This document shows, piece after piece, positions 1 through 14,560 of a stretch of DNA of 55,873 nucleotides; positions within the stretch are counted from its first letter, which is position 1, and each line of letters begins with the position of its first letter. The DNA lies in NCBI GenBank assembly GCA_036270675.1, contig DATBCB010000440.1:1-55873 (forward strand). Reading direction: 5' to 3'. Position numbers and translations under genes: made by a program. A model generated the notes under the pieces. The model made no database searches. It saw only the letters and a list, made by a program, of their open reading frames with translations, and was not told the DNA's origin. Source of the DNA: Acidobacteriaceae bacterium (GTDB taxonomy: Bacteria > Acidobacteriota > Terriglobia > Terriglobales > Acidobacteriaceae).

Positions 1-1511
1 GCACCCCATCGCAGGGCAGCGTGACCAAGATCACCAACTTCAACGCGCGCGCGACCCTCTTTGACGCCGCGCTGTTCTATCAGGATGACTGGAAGGTGAA
101 CCAGAAGTTCACCTTTGACTATGGGCTGCGCTTCGAGGCGCAGAATCGAATCCGCGACCACGCGAACTGGGGTCCGCGCATCGGATTTGCGTACGCGCTG
201 GACGGTGGCGGGAAGCGGCCGCCGAAGACGGTGATTCGTGCGGGCTATGGCTGGTTCTTTAATCGCTTCAGCAATGCAAGCGTGATCCAGGCGATTCACC
301 AGAATGGCTTGAACCAGCAGCAACTTGTCTATCAAGCAACCCCGACGTCGCCTGTGATCTATGTGCCTGGTCAGCCGCCTTCCGGCAACGCTACGACGAG
401 CCCGCGCTCGGCGACGTATAGCATCAGCCCGGAGGTGAAGGCAGCCCTGGATATGCAGGGAGCGGTCGGTGTCGACCGGACGATCACGAAGTCGATCACC
501 GCCAATGTGACGTATCTTTACAGCCGCGGCGTTCATCAGTACCTGACCGACAACATCAACGCACCGCTATACGACTACTCGACCAACACGTTCATCATCG
601 ATCCCACTACCGGAGAACCGCAGGTGCCATTCCCGGGCAAGGGCAATCTCTACCAGTTCCAATCCGAGGGCGTGTACCGGCAGAACCAGCTCATCACTTC
701 AGTGAACGCCCGGGCGCGCAACTATTCCATCGCGGCGTTCTATGTGCTGGGCTCCATGAAAAGCGATACGAGCGGCGTGAACTACTTTCCGTCACGCCAG
801 GACGATATCGGCTTTGACTACGGACGCTCCAGCAATGATGTGCGCAACCGCTTTTTCCTGCTCGCCACTACGATCCTGCCGTATGGCGTTCAGGGATCCA
901 TCTTTACCATCGCCAATGCCGGCGCGCCCTACAACATCACGACCGGACAGGACCTGAATAAGGACAACCAATTCAACGAGCGGCCATCGGTGGTGGACGC
1001 CGGTCAGTGCACACCGGGTTCCACGCAGTATTTCGCTACACGCTATGGCTGCCTGAATATCACGCCCAATCCAGGCGAGAAGATCATTCCCTTTGGCAAT
1101 GGACAAGGGCCCGCGAATTTCAGTGCCAATGTGCGGCTGAGCAAGAACTTTGGCATTGGACCAAAACTGACCGAGCATGGTGGCGGCGGCGGCGATGGTG
1201 GTCCGCGTGGTGGTGGTGGTGGCCCACACGGCGGTGGCGGTCCTCGCGGCGGACTCGGGCCGGGCGGCCTGAGCGGCAGCGGCAGCGGAAGCTTCTTCGG
1301 TGGGCCGCACTCCAAAGAAGTGCCGCGCAGGTACAACCTGAACTTTACGGTGGCGGCGAACAACGTGTTTAACGTAGTGAACCTGGCGCAGCCCAGCAAT
1401 GTGGTGAGCAGCCAGAACTTCGACAAGTCGCTGGCGCTGGCCGGACAGTTCTTCAATCGTAACCAGACTTCGGTGCGCACGATTGATTTGCAGATGAGCT
1501 TTAGCTTTTAA
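1..1511 (+). CDS. TonB-dependent receptor, Oar-like (5'-truncated by window edge; C-terminal barrel)
   Basis: Frame is open to the window edge. Motifs ALFYQDDWKV, YGLRFE, GPRIGFAY and VIRAGYGWFF; ends in F (LQMSFSF); Gly-rich loop at ~1179-1300. Confidence 0.85.
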   Translation, partial: TPSQGSVTKITNFNARATLFDAALFYQDDWKVNQKFTFDYGLRFEAQNRIRDHANWGPRIGFAYALDGGGKRPPKTVIRAGYGWFFNRFSNASVIQAIHQNGLNQQQLVYQATPTSPVIYVPGQPPSGNATTSPRSATYSISPEVKAALDMQGAVGVDRTITKSITANVTYLYSRGVHQYLTDNINAPLYDYSTNTFIIDPTTGEPQVPFPGKGNLYQFQSEGVYRQNQLITSVNARARNYSIAAFYVLGSMKSDTSGVNYFPSRQDDIGFDYGRSSNDVRNRFFLLATTILPYGVQGSIFTIANAGAPYNITTGQDLNKDNQFNERPSVVDAGQCTPGSTQYFATRYGCLNITPNPGEKIIPFGNGQGPANFSANVRLSKNFGIGPKLTEHGGGGGDGGPRGGGGGPHGGGGPRGGLGPGGLSGSGSGSFFGGPHSKEVPRRYNLNFTVAANNVFNVVNLAQPSNVVSSQNFDKSLALAGQFFNRNQTSVRTIDLQMSFSF

Positions 1512-1580
1512 GGGACTCGCCGTCCCGGGCAACTGCGCTAGCGGCGCGTCCAATTTGATTCGCTCCCTTTAGTCGCTCAC
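1512..1580 (+). repeat. REP-like dispersed repeat, family R (GGxxCTxGCCG..CGGGC...TTCGCTxCC...GTCGCTCAC), copy 1
   Basis: Aligns by eye with 4864-4928, 23451-23629 and 24981-25049. Confidence 0.75.
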
Positions 1581-2747
1581 TTACACCCATAGGCGCGGCA
1601 CACGTATCCCGATCGCGCACAACACTTCATACGCAATGGTGCCGCTGTGAGCGGCGAGGTCGTCCGCAGTGATGCGCTCCACGCCCTGCTGGCCGAGCAG
1701 CACGACTTCGTCGCCGATGGCGGCATCTGCGATATCGCTGACGTCGATCATGGTCTGGTCCATGGTGACGCGACCGGCGATAGGGGCGCGACGGCCACGC
1801 ACCAGCACCTGGCCGCGGTTGGAGAGCAGGCGGTTGTAACCGTCTGCGTAGCCGACCGGCAGCAGGGCGATGCGCGTGGGGCGGGAGGCGCGGAAGGTGG
1901 CGTTGTAGCTGACCGCTTCGCCCGCTGCGATGGTGCGCAGTGCGGCGATGCGTGTCTTCCAGCTCAGCACGGGTTGCAATCCGCGCTCAGCAGCGTGGGG
2001 ACCGTAGCCGTAGAGAGCGATGCCCGGCCGCAGCAGTAGACGGCTGCCATTCTGCCGTGCGATGTCCCGGAGCACGGCGATCTGCGCAGCCTCAAAGAGA
2101 GTCGCGGAATTGCCGGCGTGAATCAGTGGCGGCGCGATGCCATGTTCGCAGAGCGTGCCGAGTGCGGCGCGGAGACGTTCGAGTTGCTCGGCAGTCTGCG
2201 GAGAGTCGGTATCCTCCGGCGAAGCGAAATGCGTCATCACTGCTTCCAACAACAACTGCGGATGGTGTCTGAGCCGCGCGGCGAATGCGTCGAGCGCGGC
2301 GGTGTCGTTCCACTGAATGCCCTGGCGGGCCATGCCGGTGTCGATTTCCAGATGCAGTGGAACGGGAGGCTCGGCGGGTTCGGGGACAGCCTCGGCGAGC
2401 CATGCAAGCTCATCGGGCGAACCGAGCACCGGGGTGAGGGCGTGGCGAACAGCCTGTGCTGCCTCGCCTTCGAAGAGGCCGGAGAGCACAAGCGTGCGAT
2501 GGTTCTTGAGCTGCGGCTGCAGAAGGAGCGCTTCGTCGAGGCAGGTGAGGGCGAACCAGTCGCAGCCATCGTCGATAAGAACGCCGAGTGTCTCCGCGGC
2601 ACCGTGTCCGTAGGCGTTAGCCTTGATCACGGCGACGGCATCTGCGCCGACGCGCGAAGCCTGATCGCGCAGAATGCGATAGTTGCTGCGTAAGGCCGAG
2701 CGCGAGACTTCTGCCCAGGTGGGCCGGGTGGAGGCAGACGATTTCAT
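1581..2747 (-). CDS. alr: Alanine racemase
   Basis: PLP-lysine motif AVIKANAYGHG, plus DTGMARQG, VGYADG and GRVTMDQ; ATGA overlap with dnaB. Confidence 0.96.
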   Translation of the reverse strand: MKSSASTRPTWAEVSRSALRSNYRILRDQASRVGADAVAVIKANAYGHGAAETLGVLIDDGCDWFALTCLDEALLLQPQLKNHRTLVLSGLFEGEAAQAVRHALTPVLGSPDELAWLAEAVPEPAEPPVPLHLEIDTGMARQGIQWNDTAALDAFAARLRHHPQLLLEAVMTHFASPEDTDSPQTAEQLERLRAALGTLCEHGIAPPLIHAGNSATLFEAAQIAVLRDIARQNGSRLLLRPGIALYGYGPHAAERGLQPVLSWKTRIAALRTIAAGEAVSYNATFRASRPTRIALLPVGYADGYNRLLSNRGQVLVRGRRAPIAGRVTMDQTMIDVSDIADAAIGDEVVLLGQQGVERITADDLAAHSGTIAYEVLCAIGIRVPRLWV

Positions 2748-4147
2748 TCGTAACTGCCGCCGTCACCATCATGCGCCATATTTTCGAAGCGGGTGAACTC
2801 GCTGAGATAGGCGAGATGGACGGAGCCGGTGGGGCCGTTGCGCTGCTTGGCAATGATGATCTCAGCCTTGCCCTTCGAGTCTGGATCTTCATTGCCGTTC
2901 TCGTCTTTGTTGTAGTAGCTCTCGCGATGGATGAAGGCAACGACGTCAGCGTCCTGCTCGATGGAGCCGGATTCGCGCAGGTCGGACAGCATGGGCTTCT
3001 TGTCTCCGCCGCGCTGCTCCGAGGCACGGCTGAGCTGCGAGAGCGCGATGACCGGGACATGCAGCTCCTTGGCGAGCGCCTTGAGGCCGCGCGAAATCGC
3101 GGAGACCTCCTGGGTGCGGTTCTCGTGTCGCTTGTTGGCTGCACCGGGCAGGGACGCGGACATGAGCTGCAGATAGTCGACGACGATGAGGTCGAGACCG
3201 TGCTGCTGCTTGAGCCGGCGCGCCTTGGCGCGCATCTCGGCAAGTGAGATGCCGGCCGTGTCGTCGATGTAGATGTGCGACTCGGTGAGTTTGGCGGCAG
3301 CGTTGATGAGCGCGTCCTGATCGTCGCGGCTGATGAAGCCGGACTGGATCTTGCGCATGTTCACGAAGGCTTCTGACGCGAGCATACGGCGGAGGAGCGA
3401 CTCACTCGACATTTCGAGCGAAAAGATGCCGACGACACGGCCGTCCTTGAGCGCAGCCTGCTGCGCAATGTTGATGGCCCACGCCGTCTTGCCCATGGAT
3501 GGCCGCGCGGCGATGATGATGAGCTCGGCGGGTTGGAGACCGCTGGTCATCCGGTCAAAATCTTTGAAGTGCGTGGCCAGGCCGGTGACTTCGCGCTTCA
3601 GCTTCCAGATGGAGTCGATGGTGCCGAAGTGCTCCTTGACAATCGCGGGGATGTTGGCGAAGTCGCGTGTGATGCCGCTCTCGGAGACCTGCAGTAGTGC
3701 GCTTTCAGCGGCATTCAGGACCTCCAGTGCATCGTCGGACTGATCGGCCGCCTGCGTCATCGCCGTGTTGCAGACGTGGATGAGTTGGCGCAGAAGCGAC
3801 TTGTCCTTGACGATGCGGACGTACTCTTCGATCGACACGCGGCGGGGCAGGCCTTCGGTAAGGGAGGCGATGTAGGCGACGCCGCCGACCGACTCAACCT
3901 CCTTTTTCTTCGCCAGCTCTTCGACCAGGGTGACCAGGTCGACGGCCCGGCCGACGCTGATGAGGTCGTCCATACGCGCGAAGATGCGGCGGTGCGAGTC
4001 AAGCGAGAAGTCGTCGGAGGTGAGCTTTTTCTCGGCGGCTTCGTGGAAGTGCCCGTTTTCCAGCAGGATGGCGCCGAGGATGGAGCGTTCGGCATCCGGG
4101 CTGGCGGGCATGCCGCGCTCAAGAGAGATATCTGGGAAGGCAGCCAT
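2744..4147 (-). CDS. dnaB: Replicative DNA helicase
   Basis: Walker A AARPSMGKT, FSLEMS, VDYLQLM, LSDLRESGSIEQDAD and KQRNGPTG; no intein. Confidence 0.98.
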   Translation of the reverse strand: MAAFPDISLERGMPASPDAERSILGAILLENGHFHEAAEKKLTSDDFSLDSHRRIFARMDDLISVGRAVDLVTLVEELAKKKEVESVGGVAYIASLTEGLPRRVSIEEYVRIVKDKSLLRQLIHVCNTAMTQAADQSDDALEVLNAAESALLQVSESGITRDFANIPAIVKEHFGTIDSIWKLKREVTGLATHFKDFDRMTSGLQPAELIIIAARPSMGKTAWAINIAQQAALKDGRVVGIFSLEMSSESLLRRMLASEAFVNMRKIQSGFISRDDQDALINAAAKLTESHIYIDDTAGISLAEMRAKARRLKQQHGLDLIVVDYLQLMSASLPGAANKRHENRTQEVSAISRGLKALAKELHVPVIALSQLSRASEQRGGDKKPMLSDLRESGSIEQDADVVAFIHRESYYNKDENGNEDPDSKGKAEIIIAKQRNGPTGSVHLAYLSEFTRFENMAHDGDGGSYE

Positions 4148-4260
4148 GGTCTATGTTGCTCTATTTTCTCCTCTTGCCGCTCTGTGAATAGCCGGTGTCC
4201 TTATGTTGGTAACCGGCGTTCACGCGCGGCTAGTATCATATGTGTCGGAGAGTGCTGTTC

Positions 4261-4863
4261 ATGCTGTCGTTTCGTCTCCTCTGCACTGTTGCCTCTGCTA
4301 TTTTCGCCGCTTCCTTCGGCGTCGTTGCCGCCCAATCCACTGATCCGTCGCCGGCAATCGCGACCATGCAACAGGTCGAGGATACGTGGGGCACAGCCGT
4401 GTCGAAGCATGATCAGTTCGGGATCGAAAACCTGCTCGCTCGCGACTACGTCGGCATCAGCGCAGAGGGTGAGGTGACGACGCGCAATCAGCAGATCGCG
4501 CACCTGTTCGTTGCCGGCGCGGAGCCGGTATCGCTGACGCAAAAAGTGATTGCCGCGCGCGTGATAGGCGATCTGGCGGTGGTGAACGGCACCTACGTGA
4601 TGGAGTGGCAGGGTGGAAGCGACCAGCACAAGGTTGCGGAAAAGGGTGTGTTCACGCACGTCTTCCGCAAGAACAGTGCGGGAAATTGGCAGTGCATCAA
4701 CTCCCAGCGTACGGTCGTGGCGACTGAAGACGAGCGCAAGAAGGCCGCCGTCCATACCAGCAAGAGCAGTGCGGCGCTCCCGCTGCATATTCCGCTGATC
4801 TATAAGGGGCCGCAGAGCACGAAGCCCGCACCTGCGCCGGGAACCGATCAGCCGCCGCAATAA
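4261..4863 (+). CDS. Exported NTF2-like (DUF4440-type) protein
   Basis: Signal peptide, SnoaL/NTF2-like pattern (LLARDYVGI..GDLAVVNG..FTHVF..WQCINSQ), RBS GGAGAG before ATG 4261. Confidence 0.75.
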   Translation: MLSFRLLCTVASAIFAASFGVVAAQSTDPSPAIATMQQVEDTWGTAVSKHDQFGIENLLARDYVGISAEGEVTTRNQQIAHLFVAGAEPVSLTQKVIAARVIGDLAVVNGTYVMEWQGGSDQHKVAEKGVFTHVFRKNSAGNWQCINSQRTVVATEDERKKAAVHTSKSSAALPLHIPLIYKGPQSTKPAPAPGTDQPPQ

Positions 4864-4928
4864 GGACTCGCCGTCCGGGCGGCGGCGCCTTTGGCGCGTG
4901 ACGTTGAGTTCGCTCCGCTGTCGCTCAC
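4864..4928 (+). repeat. REP-like repeat family R, copy 2
   Basis: ggactcgccgtccgggc...gttcgctccgctgtcgctcac, directly after the stop codon. Confidence 0.75.
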
Positions 4929-4948
4929 TTCTGAGTTTGTGGGTGACC

Positions 4949-5230
4949 TTACGCCTGTCGTCCAAATCGCGCAAGTTTCGCGTCCATTTCACGGGCGACG
5001 TCAGTCGTGATCGCCTTTCGGAAGCACATAGTTCTCGCTTCTTCCAAGTCTATCTGGAGGTACGCACAATCGAATCGCTCCGACTCATCGCGACAAGGAC
5101 CTTTAGGACGAAAACAAACAAAATATCCTGTATCGTCCTGATTCATATACAGCTCTGCGAGAAAGCAATGATGCTGGCTACTAGCATAGTTATGCAAGAG
5201 CTTGAATAGTTGTGTTTCTTCTCTTGTCAC
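4949..5230 (-). CDS. Small hypothetical protein (93 aa) in an AT-richer patch
   Basis: Co-oriented downstream of mnmG with globular-looking composition; no family recognised. Confidence 0.45.
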   Translation of the reverse strand: MTREETQLFKLLHNYASSQHHCFLAELYMNQDDTGYFVCFRPKGPCRDESERFDCAYLQIDLEEARTMCFRKAITTDVAREMDAKLARFGRQA

Positions 5231-5270
5231 GGCAATTCACATTGTCGAAGATGAATCACACCTGCTGTGA

Positions 5271-7250
5271 TCAGGAGCCGACTGCGGCGTTCCGTGTTGC
5301 GGCAGCTAATTCGCTGCGCTTGCGGGCCTGGATCTCGATGAAGACATGGATGAGCGAGAGCGCTGCGGGGGTGACGCCGGGGATGCGGCTAGCCTGTCCC
5401 ACCGTCTGCGGCCGGACGCGGCCGAGTTTTTCCTGCATCTCGCGGGAGAGGCCGCTGACAGCCTGGTAGTCGAACCACGCTGGGATGCTGAGGCTTTCCG
5501 CGCGCTTCAGTTTTTCAATCGACTTGCGCTGCTGATCGAGATAGCCGGCGTACTTGATTTCGGTTTCGACGGCGCGTAGCTCGTTGCGCGCGCGAGCGGA
5601 GAGCGGCGCATCGTCGAGGACTGGATCGAGCAGCGTGCGCATCTCCTCGGGAAGGGCAATGGACTGGAGCAGCGGGCGCAGATGCTCGATGGTCACTTCC
5701 GGCCGCTTCAGGAGCTGCGCGTAGGTCTGGCCAGCGATGCTTTCAGAGTCCAGTTGCAGTGCCGCCGCACATTGTGCCGCATCGATGCGCGTGGTGGATA
5801 GCAGTTTTTCGAGCGCAACGGCACGCTGCTGGCGTGCTTCGTAGGCGGTCCAGGCTGCGTCGTCGATGAGGCCGAGACGATGACCGGAGGGCGTGAGGCG
5901 GCGGTCGGCGTTATCGATGCGCAGGTGGAGACGGAACTCCGCGCGCGAGGTGAACATGCGATAGGGCTCGTTGGTGCCCTTGCTGATGAGATCGTCGATC
6001 AGGATGCCGGTGTAAGCTTCGGTACGGTCGAGGGTGAATGGCGGCTCGCGACGGACTGCGAGTGCGGCATTGATACCGGCCATCAGGCCCTGGCAGGCAG
6101 CTTCTTCATAACCGGATGTCCCATTGATCTGTCCGGCCAGGTAGAGGCCGGCGATGGATTTGACGCGCAGGCTGCGATCGAGCTCGGTTGGGTCGATGGC
6201 GTCGTACTCGATGGCATAACCAGGGCGCAGCATCTCCGCATTTTCGAGACCGGGGATGGAGCGCACCACCTGCCACTGCACGTCCATGGGCAGCGAGGTG
6301 GACATGCCGTTGACGTAGACCTCATGCGTGTCCAGGCCCTCCGGCTCAAGGAAGAACTGATGCTGCTCCTTGTCCGGGAAGCGGACGACCTTGTCCTCAA
6401 TGGACGGACAGTAGCGTGGGCCGATGGCCTGGATCTGCCCGGAGTACATGGGCGAGCGGGAGACGTTTTCGCGGATGATGCGCAAGGTCTCGGGCGTAGT
6501 GTAGGCGATGTGGCAGGAGACCTGGCGCTGCGGCAGCGTGGTGGTGCGGAAGCTGAACGGCGTGGGATCGGGGTCGCCTGGCTGCTCCGCAAAGCGCGAC
6601 CAGTCGATGGTGCGCCCATCAAGACGCGGCGGCGTGCCGGTCTTCAGACGGCAACCGCGCAGGCCAAGGCGCTTCAGGCTCTCGCCGAGCAGGACGCTGG
6701 GCGGTTCGCCGCTGCGACCGGCGGGATACTGCTCCTCGCCGCAGTGGATGAGGCCATTCAGAAACGTGCCTGTGGTGATGACGATTGCGCCGGCTTCGAC
6801 CGTACGGCCATCGCGCAATTTGAGACCGTGAGCGCGGCGCGTGCCGTCAGCAGCGGTGTCGATGAGCAGATCGATCACCTCTGCCTGCTTGATGTAGAGG
6901 CCGGGCTGGGATTCCAGTACCTGGCGCATTTTGACGCGGTACTGCTGCTTGTCGCACTGCGCGCGCGGCGACCAGACCGCAGGGCCGCGGGAGGTGTTGA
7001 GCAGGCGGAACTGGATGCCGACGGCGTCTGCCACTTCGCCCATGATGCCGCCCAGAGCGTCGACTTCGCGTACGAGATGACCCTTGGCAATGCCGCCGAT
7101 CGCTGGATTGCAGGACATCTGCGCGATCAGGTCGAGGTTGAACGTATAGAGTGCCGTGCGCAGCCCGATGCGCGCCGCAGCCATAGCGGCCTCGCAGCCG
7201 GCATGGCCGGCTCCGACGATGACGACATCGTATTGTTCGGTGAAGGGCAC
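5271..7250 (-). CDS. mnmG: tRNA uridine-5-carboxymethylaminomethyl(34) synthesis enzyme
   Basis: [44 protein letters not shown] and [11 protein letters not shown]. Confidence 0.98.
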   Translation of the reverse strand: MPFTEQYDVVIVGAGHAGCEAAMAAARIGLRTALYTFNLDLIAQMSCNPAIGGIAKGHLVREVDALGGIMGEVADAVGIQFRLLNTSRGPAVWSPRAQCDKQQYRVKMRQVLESQPGLYIKQAEVIDLLIDTAADGTRRAHGLKLRDGRTVEAGAIVITTGTFLNGLIHCGEEQYPAGRSGEPPSVLLGESLKRLGLRGCRLKTGTPPRLDGRTIDWSRFAEQPGDPDPTPFSFRTTTLPQRQVSCHIAYTTPETLRIIRENVSRSPMYSGQIQAIGPRYCPSIEDKVVRFPDKEQHQFFLEPEGLDTHEVYVNGMSTSLPMDVQWQVVRSIPGLENAEMLRPGYAIEYDAIDPTELDRSLRVKSIAGLYLAGQINGTSGYEEAACQGLMAGINAALAVRREPPFTLDRTEAYTGILIDDLISKGTNEPYRMFTSRAEFRLHLRIDNADRRLTPSGHRLGLIDDAAWTAYEARQQRAVALEKLLSTTRIDAAQCAAALQLDSESIAGQTYAQLLKRPEVTIEHLRPLLQSIALPEEMRTLLDPVLDDAPLSARARNELRAVETEIKYAGYLDQQRKSIEKLKRAESLSIPAWFDYQAVSGLSREMQEKLGRVRPQTVGQASRIPGVTPAALSLIHVFIEIQARKRSELAAATRNAAVGS

Positions 7251-7306
7251 GGGTACTTCTATTTTACTGAAGAAGACAAGCGCGGCCTGAAAAGGCCGGA
7301 GAGGGC

Positions 7307-12028
<4,722 letters not shown>

Positions 12029-12046
12029 CTCGCTGACTTGCTTCTC

Positions 12047-12958
12047 CTACACCTGCACAGGAGCCAGACGCGCAGCGCGGGCGGGGCGGCGAGTGACTTC
12101 GGGCTGCGGCAGCGTGATGAGCTCCCAGGCGGAGCGGTCGGCGAGCAGGCGGGAGACCAGTGCGGTGTGCATGGCGTGGCCGGCGCGCTCAGCGACGACG
12201 CGGCCGAGGATACGATGTCCGGCCAGCGCGAGGTCCCCGATGAGGTCGAGCACTTTGTGGCGGACAAATTCGTCGGAGAAACGCAGATTGCCGTTCTGGA
12301 CGCCGGTGCGGGTGAGGATAATGGCGTTGGCTTCCGAGGCGCCGCGGATCAGCCCCATGTTGCGCAGCATGCGCTCGTCTTCGCGGAAGCCGAAGGTGCG
12401 GGCGGCTGCGATCTCTGCACCGTACGCGTCCGCAGCCAGGTCGACGGTGAAATCCTGGCGGCCGATCGGCGTAGGAAAGTCGATCTCGTAAGTGATGCTG
12501 TAGCCGTCGCCCGGATAGACGCCGATGAATTTCCCGTTCTCGCGCACCTCTACCTTGCGCAGGATGCGGATGTATTCGCGGCGGCGGCGCTGGATCTTGA
12601 TGCCAACGTTGTGGAAGGCTTCGACATAGGGGAGCGCGCTTCCGTCGAGGATGGGCAGTTCGAGGTTGTCGAGCTCGACGATCACGTTGTCGATGCCGGT
12701 GCCGATGCAAGCGGAAAGTAGATGCTCGGTAGTAGAGATGAGGACGCCTTGGCGCATCAGGCTGGTAGCGTAGGAGACCTTGGCAACGTTGCGACCGATG
12801 GCCTGGATTTCAAAGTTGTCGAGATCGATGCGGCGGAAGAGGATACCTGTGCCGGCAGGGGCGGGGAGAAGGCGTAGATGAACGGGGGCGCCGCTATGAA
12901 GACCGATTCCAGAAAATGGGATGCTGCCGGCGATTGTCTGTTCGAGTTGAGCCTGCAT
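12047..12958 (-). CDS. lpxC: UDP-3-O-acyl-N-acetylglucosamine deacetylase
   Basis: GIGLHSG, TTEHLLSA, ELPILDGSA, ARTFGF and Zn motif HKVLDLIGDL. Confidence 0.97.
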   Translation of the reverse strand: MQAQLEQTIAGSIPFSGIGLHSGAPVHLRLLPAPAGTGILFRRIDLDNFEIQAIGRNVAKVSYATSLMRQGVLISTTEHLLSACIGTGIDNVIVELDNLELPILDGSALPYVEAFHNVGIKIQRRRREYIRILRKVEVRENGKFIGVYPGDGYSITYEIDFPTPIGRQDFTVDLAADAYGAEIAAARTFGFREDERMLRNMGLIRGASEANAIILTRTGVQNGNLRFSDEFVRHKVLDLIGDLALAGHRILGRVVAERAGHAMHTALVSRLLADRSAWELITLPQPEVTRRPARAARLAPVQV

Positions 12959-13024
12959 TAAGGCGTGGGCACCTCTGCCATACCGCTAGAGCGAATAGAC
13001 TACCCATGTCTGCAAAAGTTTCAC

Positions 13025-13042
13025 TGTTGTAAAAATGCAACA
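13025..13042. promoter_or_regulatory. Candidate operator palindrome TGTTGTA-AAAA-TGCAACA between divergent lpxC and M20 peptidase
   Basis: Imperfect 7-bp inverted repeat in an AT-rich intergenic region, with an extra GTTGCAACA at ~13066. Confidence 0.45.
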
Positions 13043-13057
13043 TAAAGGCTGCAAAAA

Positions 13058-14266
13058 ATGATGGAGTTGCAACACAATCCGCAGGCGAATGACAGGGTGC
13101 AAGCCTCTATAAGTAAAGAAGATATAAAAGTCAAAAACTGGACTGACCGCTTAGGACGCGAAGTCGAAGGGATGCTCGACCGGGTATCCGATCTGGTTCG
13201 CCAGGAGAGTCCAACGAGTAATCCTGACGCAGTCGATGCCGCACGGGAGATCGTCGCGGACTGGGTTGAGGAGCTCGGAGGGCAGGTGAAGCGGCATGCT
13301 CGCAACGGTAACGGAGGCATTTTGGAGTCCCGATTTGGGAATCCCCAAGACGAGCGAAAGCCGGTGCTGCTCCTTGGACACCTGGATACCGTCTGGCCGA
13401 TCGGAACACTGGCGCGGATGCCCTGGCGGGTCGAAGATGGCTGGGCATACGGGCCCGGCGTACTGGATATGAAAGCGGGGGTGGTCATGGCGCTGACCGC
13501 TATGAAACTGGTACGCGAGATGGACGCGGATCGGCCGGTTGTGCTGCTGCTGAGCGGCGATGAAGAGACGGGAAGCCGCCACTCGCGGGAGTTGATTGAA
13601 ACAATCGCGAAAGAATGCCGGGCGGTGTTTGTGCTGGAACCGGCGCAGGGTCAGCACGGTGCGTACAAGACGGCACGCAAGGGCGTAGGGCAGTTTCGAC
13701 TGGAGATCACCGGCGTGCCTTCGCACAGCGGTGTGGACTTTTGCGCAGGCCACAGCGCGGTACGCGAACTGGCATGGCAGGTCGAGCAGATCAGCGCGCT
13801 GACGGACCTGGAGCGCGGGACGACACTGAACGTCGGCGTGGTCGGCGGCGGAACGCAGCCGAATGTGGTGCCGGCTGCGGCGTGGGCGGAGATTGACGTG
13901 CGGGTGAAAACGTTAGTGGATGCGGAGGCGGTCACGCGGAGACTGCAGGCGCTGAAGCCGCGCGATCCGCACTGTTCATTGCGGCTGACCGGCGGTATGA
14001 ACCGGCCGCCCATGGAGCGGACGGAAGGCACAGCCGAGTTGTTTGCCCAGGCGAAGAAGTTGGCGGCGGGACTGGGGTTCGCGCTCGACGAAGCGGCGAC
14101 GGGCGGCGGCTCGGATGGGAACTTCACCTCGGCGCTGGGAATACCAACCTTGGATGGCATGGGTGCAGTCGGGAAAGGCGCGCATGCGGAGGATGAATCG
14201 ATCCGCATCGATTCGCTCGTCACACGAACAGCGCTGCTTGCCGCGGTGATCGCTACGACCGCCTAG
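13058..14266 (+). CDS. M20 family metallopeptidase (carboxypeptidase G2-like); start codon uncertain
   Basis: GHLDTV, DMKAG, GDEE, GGGSDGN and GAHAEDE. Confidence 0.9.
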   Translation: MMELQHNPQANDRVQASISKEDIKVKNWTDRLGREVEGMLDRVSDLVRQESPTSNPDAVDAAREIVADWVEELGGQVKRHARNGNGGILESRFGNPQDERKPVLLLGHLDTVWPIGTLARMPWRVEDGWAYGPGVLDMKAGVVMALTAMKLVREMDADRPVVLLLSGDEETGSRHSRELIETIAKECRAVFVLEPAQGQHGAYKTARKGVGQFRLEITGVPSHSGVDFCAGHSAVRELAWQVEQISALTDLERGTTLNVGVVGGGTQPNVVPAAAWAEIDVRVKTLVDAEAVTRRLQALKPRDPHCSLRLTGGMNRPPMERTEGTAELFAQAKKLAAGLGFALDEAATGGGSDGNFTSALGIPTLDGMGAVGKGAHAEDESIRIDSLVTRTALLAAVIATTA

Positions 14267-14301
14267 TAGTTTCAATTTGAAACCGACATAGGAACGTTCT
14301 T

Positions 14302-14535
14302 CAGAAATCTGCCGATTCACCCTGTCGACTTCGCTACACTGGAAATAGAGAGATCGACGAAGCGCCCGCGAGGATCGCGCGCGTTTTTATTTTGAAGACG
14401 CGGTAACTCTATTGGCTGGACGAATTTAGCCATAAGGTCTTTCGCTGGAGGAATTTGCCTGCGGGAGGCTGCCTAACCTGCTGCAGTGCAAGGGCTTCCA
14501 GGCAGACCCGCCGGGACGGGAGGGGGAGGGTGGGC
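14302..14535 (+). repeat. Triple-box element, copy A (47-bp block + three 25-bp TAA-N19-TTA-like boxes + G-rich end)
   Basis: Boxes at 14404-14428, 14433-14457 and 14474-14498; inverted homologue at 51781-52027. Confidence 0.75.
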
Positions 14536-14560
14536 GGTAACGTGACCCGCACATCCGGCT

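Noticed and set aside
1179-1300. GGT/GGC run as a contingency microsatellite
   Set aside because: It is an in-frame poly-Gly loop with mixed codons inside the receptor; changes in length would not switch expression.
2744-4147. Intein in dnaB
   Set aside because: The 467-aa length and contiguous helicase motifs leave no room for an insertion.
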